Assembly (NCBI GenBank): GCA_025558095.1
Contig: JAIVFI010000012.1
Span: 310,001 to 374,000 of the forward strand
Origin: Hyaloraphidium curvatum SAG 235-1
Lineage: Eukaryota > Fungi > Monoblepharomycota
Length of the DNA stretch: 64,000 bases
Direction of reading: 5' to 3'
Positions within the stretch are counted from its first letter, which is position 1; each line of letters opens with the position of its first letter. Positions 22,887 through 34,938 of the stretch are shown piece by piece. The notes under the pieces are model-generated. The model did not search any database and was not told the origin of the DNA. It saw only the letters and a program-made list of their open reading frames with translations. Made by a program: the position numbers and the translations under genes.

Positions 22887-23548
22887 CGGTGGGCCTCTGC
22901 GGGAAACCGCTAGCTAGGGCGGAAGACCCGCCGAGCGGAACAGCGTTGGGCGGAAAGATTGGCGTTGCGCGGGAGACATCCGCTCCGCCTGGCACTGCGG
23001 CAGCCCGCGTTCCGTCCGTGCCGGCAAAGTAGCAAAGAAGTACAGCATCCGATGGATTGTGAAGATTGGCACGGCTCCGCTCGCCACCCTTGTGATCGAA
23101 TATCGCAGCCGGGGTTCCAAGTCGCCCCCGCACCCGGCACCGTCGTGCCCCCGACCGCACCCGCCGAACCTGGCCTCTCCGTTCCCGCCCCTGTCGCCAA
23201 CCCCTCCCCGCGCCGGCGATGCTCAAGGTCAAGCGGGAGAACGAGCAGGTGCGGGTCAAACCCGAGCCGGCCAAGAAGCTCGAGACGGAGCGACCTGCTG
23301 CGTGCTGCGAGGGAGGCGTCGATCAGACACATGACATTCTACGCTGGGCGCAAGGCCCCGCCGGCGCAAGCACCACGATGATACCATACCACATACCAGA
23401 TACCGTCTGTTTCGATGATTAGATCGAACAACCCGTTTCTCGTTTCAATCGGGCCAGGTCCGGTTAGCGGGTTTTTGTGCCGCGAACCACTGCTACCGAA
23501 ATTGCCAGCACTCGTCGCCCGGACCGCGTCCGCAGGGAGCTCTCCGCG

Positions 23549-25235
23549 ATGCGGCTCTCCGCGGCAGCGAGCGCGCTGTCTGCGCTCCTGGCGCTGTCGG
23601 CGAGCGCGTCGGCGTTCCAGCCGCACAGCGTATACGAGGACTTCTTTGCCCGGCCTCAGTACCAGGTGCTCTTCACGAAACACCTCGTGCGCGAGTCGGA
23701 CCTCGCGCCGGCGGGCGACCTCGTGGTGCTGCCGGGGCCGGCCGGCGGGCGGTGGGCGTGCCGCATCCCCGAGCCCGAGGCCGAGGCGGAGGAGGACGCG
23801 GCCGGCGCGCGCGACCCCGAGGAGGAGCGGCGCGAGGCCGAGGCGAAGCTGTCCGGGCTGTCGGGTGGCTGCCTGTACTACGTGCAGGGCTGGTTCACAT
23901 ACGAGTATTGCCAGTGGGTCTCATTGCTGCCTGTCTGTGGAAACAGACCCGACGAGGCTTGACCGGGAACCCCCTTCTGCCAACAGTTTAGGGCACGTGC
24001 GGCAGTTCCACAAGCGCAACGGACCCGACGACACGTCGATAGAGTCGCAGTACATGCTCGGCCGCACTCACTCGGGCATCGAGGTGCGCGCCGGCCTCGA
24101 CGGCAAGAAGTACGCCCGGGCCCGCTTCGAGGGCGGCACCGTGTGCGACCTCACCGGCCAGCCGCGCGCCATCGAGGTCCAGTTCCACTGCCCGCCGCCG
24201 TCGGTCGCCGCCCTGGACCACATCTCGCTGCTGCAGGAGACGTCGACGTGCAATTACCTGCTGCTCGTGCAGACGCCCCGGCTGTGCGGCGGCGCCTTCT
24301 CGCCCGCAAAGCACGGCCGCGTCAACAACATCCGCTGCGGCTCTGTCGTCTCGGACGGGTACTACGAGCTGGCAAAGGCCGGCGGCGAGCTGAAGGAGGT
24401 GGACTCGGACGGCGTGAGCGCGGCCCAGGCCGAGCGCGCCGAGGCGCGAGAGAACGAGCCCGAGGACGCCCCGCGCCGCGTCGTTGACCCCCGTGAGCCT
24501 GAAATCAAGATCATGTTGGACCTCGAATCCGGGCCGGTGGGCTCGCAGGCGGAGCAGGCTGCCGCGCAGAAGGTGCTCGCGGGGATGCTCGCGTCCGTGG
24601 CCACGGAGCTGAAGCGGAAGCTGCAAGAGGCGCAGGAGCGCGCCGAGGAGGCACGCAGGGAGCGGCGCCGCGGCGCGGAAGAGGTGCGGAGAAACCGCGA
24701 GGGCCTGGAAAAGGGCGGACGGGTGCTGGTGGATGCCCAAGGCCGGGCGCGGGTCGTCGATGACCCGCCGCCGAAGCCCGACGCCCCCGCGCAGTCGGAT
24801 GAGGAAGTTGCGGGCAGCGTGCAGCCTTCCTGGGCCGAGGTAGAGGACGAGATCGACGGCGTGGTGGTGCGCAAGCTGGTCCTGCGGAGCGTGCAGGGCC
24901 GGCAGGGCGAAGACCTGGGCAGGTTCGAGGTCCCCGTCGAGAACGACGTAGAGATTTCGCCCGAGCTTGTGCGCAGGGTCAAGGAGGGCCTGTCGAGGAT
25001 GCTCGCGGAGGACCATGCTGAGGCGGCGGGCGCGCACGCCCCGCCCGCCGCGCCGGCTCCGGCTGGCGAGCCGGCGGCACAGGCTCCGCAGGAGCCGGAG
25101 CTGGAGGCAGCGACGCCGTGGATGAAAGACGCGGAGAAGGAGATGCGCGAGGAGGAGGAGAAGGAGAAGCCGGGCTTCACCGTCGCAGACGGCGGAGAGG
25201 ATGACGAGGGCGACGGCATCGTGCTGGAGCTCTGA
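23549..25235 (+). CDS. OS-9/Yos9-like ER lectin (MRH domain); 1 intron
   Basis: Signal peptide MRLSAAASALSALLAL; CLYYVQGWFTYEYCH|LGHVRQFH, GTVCDLTGQPRAIEVQFHC, ETSTCNYLLLVQTPRLC; ends VLEL. Confidence 0.92.
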
Positions 25236-25270
25236 ACTATGTCTTGGGAAATGGAATCTACAGAAGAGCA

Positions 25271-26986
25271 TCATATCTTGCTGCCTTGTCCGCCTATGAT
25301 GCCCAATTTCGCGGCCTGTGCCTCGATGTCCTCAGGCGTGGGCCAGTCGGCGAGCAGCCCAGGCACCGCCCCGATGTACTCCTTCACCGCGGCCAAAACC
25401 AGGTCATCGCGGTGCTTTGCGCCCACAATCTTAAGGCGCGGTGTCAGAAGGACTGCGGAAAGCTATGTGCGCGCGACTTACCTGAAGCGAAGACATGACC
25501 TCACGAAACTCCGAAATGCCCCCGGGCGCAGCGCAGCGCACGACGGCCGCCGGATTACCTAAGAAATTCCAGATTGCCATCGTCCCGTACAGATCCGACG
25601 CGTCGACCGACTCGCCGTTGACCTCCTTGGGCATCTTGCCGTTGGCCGGGACGGGCGGGATCGGAAGCCCGGGCGTGACAAACAGATCGTAGCCGCCAGA
25701 CTCGCCCTCCCCCGGAAACACATTCTCCGCAACGAACGCGTTGAGCTCGAACACATCCCGCATCAAGTCGCCCATCCTTTCGAGGTCCACGATCGACTTG
25801 ACGGCATCCCAGGAGCGCACGACGCCCTTTTCGATCTTTGCCAGCGCCTCGTCGCCGAACTTGTCGACGATGTAGGGACGAACGGTTGCTGCAAGCTGCG
25901 AGCCCATCAGCAGGCCCCAGGGCGCCAGGATGGAGGGGATTTCGAAGGTGCGCTCCTCGACCGTGTGGCCGAGTCGACGGAAAACGGCAAGCGAGTTGGA
26001 AACGTGCGCCGCAATCCTGGGGTCCAGAACAGGGGTGAGGGAGGGGGTGTAGACGATGCGAAGGCGGGGAGGAGCAGGAACGGTGAGGTAAGGAGAAGGA
26101 GGTCGGGGGAGGGATTGCATGTCAAGAGGGTGGTATCCCGACGCCTGTATAGAGCAATCAAGGTGAGCGATTCAATGTGACAAGGTGCACAAAGCACCCA
26201 CAGCATCCATGTAAGCGGCGGCGTCGTCCCACGTGCGGGTCATGGGACCGAAATGGACGCAGAGGATCCACGGCGAGGTACGGAAGAGCGCGTTCTCCTG
26301 CTGCGGGATCCGTCCGACTGGCAAGACGACTTTGAGTCTTCAAATGCCAAGGCGATCAGCAATGTCATACCGGTGCCCTTGAACCCCACGAGGCCGGTGT
26401 TTGCCGCGGGGATCCTAATGGACCCGCCGCCGTCGGCTCCGGTCGCGAGCGGAACCATTTTCGCGGCTACCGCGGCACTGCTCCCGCCGCTGGAGCCACC
26501 GGGCGTCAGCTGCAGGTTCCACGGGTTCCGAGTCGTGCCGAAGGGCAGGTTCTGCGTGAACCCGCTGGATCCAAAGATGGGCGTGTTGGTCTTGCCGACT
26601 ACTATGCAGCCGGCCACCTTCAGGCGGGCAACCTGGACGGAATCGCGTTCGGCGATGTTGTCCACAAAGAGAGCACACCCGAAAGAGGTCGGCAATCCGG
26701 CAGCGTCTTCGAGATCCTTCACTCCAAGAGGGACGCCGGCGAGTGGCATCCTCAGATTCGGGTCCTCCTTGAGCTTCCTGTCCAACTCCTCGGCGGCTTT
26801 GAGCGCACTTTCGCGTCCCAGAGCTACGAACGCGTTGAGGATTCCATTGAGGCGGTCGATGCGTTCGAAAGACGCGAGAACAACAGCAACGGGAGACACG
26901 GCGCGGGAGTTGACCAGCGCCGCAATCTCGGTCGCGGAGTAGTCCATGAGATGGCGACCGGCATGAAGATGTTTCTCTGGCGCCAT
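25271..26986 (-). CDS. Amidase-signature family amidase, paralog 2; multi-exon; C-terminal SKI (PTS1-like)
   Basis: PLAGVPLGVKD, GKTNTP, TPGGSSGGS, ADGGGSIRIPA; collinear with 3641-5227; last exon ...DWPTPEDIEAQAAKLGIIGGQGSKI*. Confidence 0.9.
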
Positions 26987-27042
26987 TTCGCCCAATATCT
27001 CACAGCGACGTGGTTAAGCAAGCAGGTTTCAGCGTCGCAGCG

Positions 27043-27069
27043 TCGCGCGATGGCCGGCGCATCGCGCGA
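27043..27069. promoter_or_regulatory. Perfect 10-bp inverted repeat in a 118-bp divergent promoter
   Basis: TCGCGCGATG-N7-CATCGCGCGA between the amidase ATG (26986) and the lyase-like ATG (27105); regulatory function is inferred. Confidence 0.4.
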
Positions 27070-27104
27070 TCGCACTTCCCTGGACTGTCGTCGTACTGCC
27101 AACG

Positions 27105-27587
27105 ATGTCTGCGGTGGACATTAGCGAAGCAAATGTGGAGCCTTACGGTCGCCTCGTCGTGCCCGTCGCGGACGGCCACCAGAGCCCCCCCGCGTTCCCG
27201 TTGGAGCTCAACGGGGGACAACCAACGCTGTACATAATGAAGCTGAAGGACCGGCAACCGGTGATCCGATACATTGCGCGACACAACAAGGTCACGCAGA
27301 CGTTGGCTTCGGCGTCGGGTCGGCCGTGGTTCATTGGACTCGCGCCTCCCGGGTATCCTCCTGCTCGAGAGGCGATCCGGCTCTTCCGGGTGCCCGGCGG
27401 CGCAGCGCTGACGCTGAGAAAGGGAACTTGGCACGCGGGACCGTACTTTGCTGGATCGGAGGCCGACTTTTTCAATCTCGAGCTAACGACGACGAACGAC
27501 GACGACAAGGACGAAGTCGAGGTCCGACCTCCGATCGAGATTGACGTGGGGGACGATGGGGAACGCGCGGCAGCAGCTCGGCTGTAG
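27105..27587 (+). CDS. Ureidoglycolate lyase-like cupin (cyanobacterial/plant-type); intronless; C-terminal ARL (PTS1-like)
   Basis: PYGRLV, LELNGGQPTLYIM, IARHNKVTQTL, GTWHAGPYF, FFNLELTTTN; ends AAARL*. Confidence 0.82.
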   Translation: MSAVDISEANVEPYGRLVVPVADGHQSPPAFPLELNGGQPTLYIMKLKDRQPVIRYIARHNKVTQTLASASGRPWFIGLAPPGYPPAREAIRLFRVPGGAALTLRKGTWHAGPYFAGSEADFFNLELTTTNDDDKDEVEVRPPIEIDVGDDGERAAAARL

Positions 27588-27637
27588 TGCAACGATGCTC
27601 GTCTATGGAGATGTCATCTTCGGCTCGCGTCTGCGAA

Positions 27638-29081
27638 TCAATAGCACTGGATCGTGACGGACTGCACCGTCATCTCGTAACCCCGTTCTCCTTCCGCGGT
27701 TTCCCAGGGAATGTATCCCCCAGCCCAGTCCCTGGTCCCCGCAGCACCGGCGCCGCCGTCCCAAATGCCGAACTGAACGAGGGGTTCCTCTTCGGGGAAG
27801 AGGTATCCTGACGGGTATTCGGGTCCACGCGGGTAGTCCCACTTCCGTATGTCCTTGCAATAGGCTCCATCGACGGTCCAGGTAATCTTGTCGGCGGTCC
27901 ATTCGATAGAGTAGTCGTGGAAGGTGTAGCGCGGATCGGCGTTGATCCAGCACTTGGTGTCTCTGCCGTAGTCTGCAATCGCGCGGCTGAACCCTGGAGG
28001 AGAACGGTGTTGTGAGGACAGGCTTCCAAAACGCGCACACAATGACCTACAATTGACGCTGACTTGGTTTGGCTCCTTCCCAGCTAGCCACTCAAAGTCG
28101 ATTTCGTCTCCGAGCTGGGACATGGTGATGAAGGCGGAAACAACGCCCGGGGCCTGGTTCGGGCCGATCCGCATCCGCGCCGTGACCCTGCCGTGTGCAA
28201 ACTTGCGCACGGAGCTGATGACAGCGGCCAGACCTGGCACCAAGGAAAAGACAATCGTGAATCAAGCATTGGTGCATCGAAGGACGACGAAGATGCCCAC
28301 CGCGAAAGCGACCGTCTGCCTGGCGCTCCCGGGACCTCTGAAGCTTCATTTGCAAGCCTTCAGGCGTCAAAAAGACGTTGTCGCCGCGGCCGTTGAACGA
28401 TACAACCCATTCAGTCTTGTCGTTGACAGCTCCGTTAAACGAGACGGTCTCGCCCGTGAAGTAGTAGGTTCCCGACTTGCATTGATAGCGGTCCGGGGAG
28501 GGCGCGGGCGGCGGCGGGGGCGACGGGGGGGGCGGCGGAGGGGGGGCAGGTGCCGGGGCCTTTGGTGCGCACCGTCCTTGGGGATCAACAGGGAGTTTGT
28601 GCCTGCGGAGGCGGTCGCAGGTGCCGAGAGCCGCGCATTGATCCGAGTAGGTGCAAACCCCGCCCCTGCAGCAGCTGCTCAAGCAGAAGCTTGCGTTGCT
28701 GGACGGCCAGTGGCCGCGAGGGACGGAGCACTTCGCGCCGAGCTGGAGACACCCTCCAGACGACACTTGACGCTTGGCGCGGATGCACCATTCACAACGG
28801 CGAGGATTACCGGCCTGGCACTTGTCGCATGCCGCGCATCTCCCGTTCAGGCAGCACGAGCTTGCACATCCGCCCCATGGCTTTCCGGGAACAACGGCGC
28901 AGGCCGCCCCGGTCGGGCTCATGGCGTTTGGCTCCAGGGCGCTGACGTCGCCGAGTGCGCCATTCGGGGAGAGCCCGAGGGCGGGAAAAGGAGCAATCGC
29001 AGCGAGCGAGTTGGGCCTCTGAGCGGCGGCCGTCGCTGCCAGAATGCCGACGAGGAACGCCGCGAATGCGAACCGCTGCAT
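27638..29081 (-). CDS. Secreted GH16 Crh/Utr2-like transglycosylase with N-terminal Cys-rich modules; 2 introns
   Basis: Signal peptide MQRFAFAAFLVGILAATAAA; GVVSAFITMS, DEIDFEW catalytic motif, FHDYSIEW, GIWDGG..GTRDWAGG. Confidence 0.92.
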
Positions 29082-29524
29082 CGCCGCCACGGAGCCCACT
29101 GGAAGCGCCACAATTCTCAGCGACAGCGGGCAGCACGTTCCGAAGCAAAGCCTACTCTGGCCTGTGGGGTGCCGATGCGTAGTTTGCGGTGCTGTGCGGG
29201 GCCGATTCTCGTGCCCGACGGGGAAGATTCGTCGGCGCGGTAGGACTGGGGGCCCGGCGGGCAGGCGGAACAAGCCAATTTTTGTCGCTTTGCGCGGATC
29301 CCCCAAGCACCCTCGAAGATGCAGCGTGCCTGTCCAAGCACTGCAAAAGAGCAAAGGGCATGCTCAATCAGGTGCATCGATGCTATTTGGCGCTCATCAT
29401 CGCATTCCGGGGACCACCTACTGCATCGAGTCGAGCCGCTCGGCCTTCATTCCTTCTACAAACATGGGAAACCAGAACGAAGACACATCTAATTGACGCC
29501 GGAAACGTAATCTAAACGGAACAT

Positions 29525-30692
29525 CTAGGGCTGCGCAACAGTGGCAGACGAGCTGGAACCTTCGACGGCGTCCACGGAGCTGGAAAGGAAACTCGATCAA
29601 TGGGGATGATTGCATTCGGTGGCACAAGTTCGCCTACCTCTTCGAGATGCTCCCAGCGCACTCCTCGGGAAGACCGTCCAAGCTGGCGACAGATGTTAGC
29701 ACTCGGCACCGGTGATCAGGAACGAACAGCTCACGTCGACGACGAGTCCTGGCGGACGGTTGACTTCCTCCGCCGCTGCTGCACGACTTCGAGATGGGCG
29801 CGAATATTGGCAACCCGGGCGCCCTCAAAGGAGGCACGGCGGGCCGCGGCGGCATCGAGCTGCTTGACGATCTGCGCCGGCGACGATCTGCAACAGACGT
29901 TCAGACCTCGTATCCAGCTGTGCTCAACCCCACTCACGGAGCTCCGAGCTTGGCTCGCTCCTTGCGCTCCTCCACATCGCGCCAATGCTTGGCCAGCTCC
30001 TCCCGCTTCACGTTCTGCAGGGCGTCGCGACGGGATGCCGCTGCCTGCTGCTTGGATTCAATGTCGTCCAGCCCCGGAGCCAGGCTTTCGGTTTCGAATG
30101 GTCCAAGATCAGCGCCAGTCGAAGGAGCTGCGGCAGCAATGTAGACCCACGAGTCGGCCAGGGCTGCGGCCTTGCGTACGGCGACGGCCTCGTTGTGCTT
30201 CTTGATCTTTTCGAGCCGCGACTGCTGCTCCTCGACGCGCTTGATCTCCACGAGTTGCATTTTCGAGAGGATGCCCTGCAGTCTCTCGACTGCTCCGAGC
30301 TCGGCCGTCCGCTTGGCGAACTGCGAGACGTCGTGCGCTCTGGTCGCAGAGACGTGCGCGCGGGCGGCAGTGGTCGCGTCCAGCATCTGGGACCTCAATG
30401 AATCTCCTGGGAAATTGAAAGTCTTTCGAGCGCCTTCACCTTTTTGCGCTCGGCGGCGCGGGCCAGCTTGGCGGCAACGTCCGCGGGGGAGCTGATTGAC
30501 GTCCGAAATGAGCCTCCTGCACCTCCTCATCCGCCGGAAGACGACGTCGCCAGCAAAACATGCTCACGTTTCGATTGGCACGGTCGCGGCCAGCTTCGGC
30601 TTCCGAGCGGGAGTGGTCAGTCCCTCGAGGGGGACTTCAAACGCGACAGCGCGCGCTGCCGGCTCTCCGGCGGCGAGAGAGGCCTGGTCCAT
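29525..30692 (-). CDS. Stathmin-like protein with four helical repeats; multi-exon; 3' end at 29525 or 29634
   Basis: Introns 30492-30567, 30387-30439 and 29888-29937 give AVAFEVPL...SPADVAAKLARAAERKK-x41-KMQLVEIKR..., matching stathmin motif spacing. Confidence 0.72.
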
Positions 30693-31318
30693 GTTGAAAT
30701 TGGGAGAATTGGCGTCGGCTCGGTGTTCTTGAATTGAAGGAAATATGGGCGGCGCCACCGGGGAAGTGGGTGTTGCCGGGGTAGGGGGGCGGGGAAGCAG
30801 AAGCGACAGGGACCGAGTCCCCCGGCAAGGTGTCCGCGATTTCGACCGGCGGCCGGGCAACAGTGCCGAATTGCACTGAAAGCGCTACTCCGGGGGTGCG
30901 CTTCTGACCGGCGGCCCAGAATTCTGCGTTTGCGCGACGCTTTCGGACTTCGGGAAGTGACGAGGGCCACAGCCCGCAACTGCAACACCCATTTTGGCGT
31001 CCGATCACTTCGACTCAATTCTCCACAACCATCAAGAACAGGCAATGTCAACAGTCGCTCAGAAGACGCCCGCGATCCTGTCTAGGTCCCGCCGGCCGGC
31101 GACCCGCCGCCAATGAAACTTTCAGGCGCTTAGAAAAGCGAGGATCATGCATTCAGCAACGACTAGCCCCTTAATTGGAGCTCAAAGGATTCAAGTCTCC
31201 TGTTCAGTTAGCGCGATTCCCTGTCGCAGGCTGCTCCGGCAAATCCCGGGATGCTCGAACGCTGACTGTGCGCGTTCCTCAACAACCAACAACCCGGGGA
31301 AACCCGGCCGTGCCTGCC

Positions 31319-32680
31319 ATGCCGCGCACGACGACGCTGGTCATTGTGGACTACGCCGATGAGAGCACCACGGCCTACGGCACAGGGACGGGCTCCGCCA
31401 GCTCGGCGCCGACTGCCACGCGCGTCAGAGTGACCTACACCAACCCGGCCCCCACCCTCCCCGTGCCCACCTTTGCCGGCGGCGACGTACCGCAATCTGC
31501 ATCTCAGACGAGACTCCTTCTTCCGGCGGGGCTGATCGCCGTGTACTTCGGTGGGTCGCCCATGGAGATCGATCGTCGCCCGCGCTGAGTGACGTGCCCG
31601 CTTAGTCCTCGCGCTCGGCTGCTGCGTCCTCGCGCTGGCCCTGGGGTGCACCATCAGGTCAGTGCGGCGATTTTTGCTTCATTCCTTAGGGCTCATACGA
31701 CCGAAGGGCCTGCCTGGTGATCCACCGGCGCAGGGCGAGGAACCGCCGGAGGCTCGAAGCCGCGGCCGCGGCCGACGGACCCGCCGAGGAAATGGCCGAG
31801 GGGAGCCGTCGGGCCGTGCAAACGAACGGGGTGCCGAAGGAGGTGGGTTTTCTGCCGAGCGGGGCAACTTTGGTTGTCTGCAAACCATAGGATGATGACT
31901 CGCGGCCATAGATGCTCGACCAGTTCCATGTGAAGGACTACGACCCCAAAGACCCCTGGTGGACCGACCGCAGCCTCCTTTACTTTTCCGGCCTCGCCCC
32001 CGACCCACCCGGCGACGCCCCCCCGGGCGCGCAGCACGAATCGATCGGCATCCCCCTTTCCCCGGCCAAGATCGCCACCCCCTCCGCCTCCCCGCCCTCC
32101 GCCCACCCCAGCCCGCGCTCCACCATCATCCCCGTATCCCCCGGAGCCCACCACGGGGAGGACTACTTCTCGCTCCCGCCCCGCAGGGAGAGCATCGCGC
32201 ACGTTCCCGCGGGGGGCTTCCCGTCGCCGGCGCCGACCGCGGCCTCGGAGCTGCGCACGTGCGCCATCTGCGTGGATTCGTTCGAGCCGGACGAGGCGGT
32301 GAGGGTGCTGCCGTGCGGGCACAGGTTCCACCGGGACGTGGGTCGGCGTTGCGCGCTGGATGCGATCGGCATCTGACTCGTCGATTTGCACGGCGACTGT
32401 CCCACAGTGCATCGATCCCTGGCTGCTCGAACTCTCGCGCCTCTGCCCGCTCTGCAAGGCCGACACGGCGGAGCTCTGGCGCGCCAAGCACCCCGATCTC
32501 GAGCTGCCCGCGCACGAGGAGGAGGAGCCCGAGGTGCACCTCGATCCGCCCCCGCCCGCGGCGCAGGTGCAGGCGCAGGGCAGGAGGGAGAGCAGGAGGG
32601 CAGAGTACATCCGCCGGATCAGGCTGTTTGGCCGCGGGACGGGGCGGACGGGCGGGGGCGGGGCAGGTTTGAGCACGTGA
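31319..32680 (+). CDS. Transmembrane RING-H2 E3 ubiquitin ligase (ATL/RNF13-like); multi-exon
   Basis: TM segment, basic stretch, GLD-like GVPKE|MLDQFHVKDY, CAICVDSFEPDEAVRVLPCGHRFHRD|CIDPWL...CPLCK. Confidence 0.88.
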
Positions 32681-32843
32681 TGTAGACGGACATTTCGATC
32701 CGAAGCAGGTATAACGTGCGACAATCTTAATCGTATACCACATGCCGTCCCAAAGAAGAGGAAAAGCATCCCGCTATCACATGCTCGAAACAAGGCAACC
32801 GATCCAACCCCCCCGATCCGCCGCCCCGCACCATCTCCGGCGC

Positions 32844-34938
32844 TCACCCGCCCCCGCCCTTCCCGTCCACATCGATCAGCTCCCTCTCCCACTCCTCCAC
32901 CCCCGCCAGATCCTGCCCGCTCCCGAACTCCCCCTGCTGCGCGCGCCCGCCGAACGCATGCACGTCGCCCATCCCCACCCCCGTCGGCATCCCCTCGTGC
33001 GCCCAGGTGCCGGCGCCGGCGTGGTGCGCGATCCGCGAGATCTCGTACCCCCCCGGCGCGCTGCGCGACCGCGCGCGCTCCCCCGCCTGCGCGGGCGGCG
33101 CGAGCGACCCGTGGTCGTGGTGGAACGGGTGCGAGATGGGGTGGTACCCGTGGTCGTGCATGCGCATCAGCGCGTCCAGGTCCAGGCCCGCCGTGGGCGG
33201 GCTGGTGCTGCCCTGCGGCCCGTGGGCCGGGGGAGGCGGCTGGATCGAGGGGACCTGGAACATCTGCATGGGCGTGGCGGGGTACTGCCACGCGTAGGGG
33301 TCGTGCGGGATCACGTAGCCCGTCGCGGTGCGCTGCAGGCGGTATGGGTCCGCGTGGGTGGGGTGGTTGGGCTCCACGAGGGGGAGGGCGGTCGCGGGGG
33401 CGCGGGGGAGGGAGCCGAAGGGCGAGGGGCGTTCCGGGAGCTTGGGCGCGCGGACCGAGGAGGGCGAGTGGCCGCGCGGGGAGAGGGCGTGAGGGGAGCG
33501 CGGCGCCCGGGTGGGAACGGGGTGCGGCTCGGGCTCGTGGATCACGCGGATGGAGGGGATGTCGACGGGGGAGACCTGGTGCTGGTGCTGCTCCAGGCCG
33601 TCCATGCGCAGGTGCATGTCGGGGGCGGCGCGGCGGCGCGAGCCCGAGCCCGGGTTGGGCGAGTGGCCGCGGGTGCTGGCTTCCTCGTACTCGCCGTCCG
33701 AGTCCTCGTCCGTGTAGTTGCCGCCGACGCCGTTGTGGCGGTCAATGTGCCGGTGCAGAGTCGACTTGCGCGTGAAGAACTTGTTGCAGATGTGGCAGCC
33801 GAATGGCCGCTCCTGAGTGTGGATGCGGCGGTGGCGCGTGAGCGAGGAGCTCTGTAGTCGGTACGGCAAGGCGGGGAGGGCGGGACGGCGCAAGGTCAGC
33901 GGCGAGCCAGGCGGAGCATCGGCGGGACCGACCTCGGTGAACTTGCGGTCGCACAGGTCGCACGCGAACGGGCGCTCCCCCGTGTGCTTGCGCATGTGCA
34001 CCACGAGAGCGTGGCGCTGGATGAAGCGCTTGGGGCAGTCGGGGCACGCGAATGGCCGTTCGTTGAGGTGGATCTTGACGTGCCGCATGCAGTCGGCGCG
34101 GCGGGTGAAGCGGCGGCCGCAGTCGGGATATTGGCTGCAGGGACGGGGGCGAGTCAGCACGTGCACAACAAAGGGCAATCGCAGCGGAGGACGCCCACCA
34201 TTGGTACGGCCGCTCGGCGTCGTCGGTGGTGGTGACGGCGTAGCCCGCGGCGACGCTGTTCAGGTTCTGGCTCGAGGCGCTCTGGTTGCTCTCGATGCTG
34301 GCGACCGACGGCTTGCGCGCGCGGTGGCGCTGGTGGCGGGGGCGTGCGGGCTCGCCGTAGGTGGGGTCCTCGATTGCCGAGTACGAGGCGTCGGTGTCGT
34401 CGGTCATGCCGTAGTCCGAGCCCTCCGAGTCGGATGAGTCCGAGCCATCGTCGTGCTGGCCGTGGCCGTTCTGCGGCTGCTGCTGCAGCTGCTGCTGCTG
34501 CTCCATCGAGCGCGAGATCATCTGCAGCAGGGCGTCGCCGTCGATGTGGCCGGCGGCGCCGTGCACCTGCACGGGCACGGGGATGGGCGCTGCGCCCGAG
34601 GCGGACGATGCCGAGCCGCGGCGGCTCCCGGGCGCCTGCTTGTCGGCCAAGAGTGCGGCGCCGAGCAGGGCGTTTGCCTCGACGGGGGTGAGTGGGCGCT
34701 GGGGCGCCTCCGAGCTCTGGTGGTACGGCTGCTGGTGCACCACGTGGTAGCCCTGCGCCTGGTAGGCGGCGAGCAGCTCCGCGTTTGACGCGAGCATGCC
34801 CTGCGGCACCTCCCACGGCATGAGGCCGACGTTTAGCGGGGATAGCTGGATGGTGTGCGCGGTGGAGAGCAGCGGGAGCAGCGGGCGGGGCGCGCCGGGC
34901 TGCGTCGGCGTGAGCACGCGCGGGCCGCTCGACGCCAT
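32844..34938 (-). CDS. C2H2 zinc-finger transcription factor (4 fingers); 2 introns
   Basis: CQYPDCGRRF..H..H, NERPFACPDC, HTGERPFACDLC, HTQERPFGCHIC; Gln/Ser/Pro-rich flanks. Confidence 0.9.

Noticed and set aside
23219-23422. 67-aa ORF with VKRE/VKPE SUMO-like motifs
   Set aside because: Short, no recognisable homology, and the second half is not coding-like; cannot be supported
26987-27104. AreA (HGATAR) control of the amidase/lyase promoter
   Set aside because: Only a single non-consensus GATA core (AGATAT, minus strand) is present
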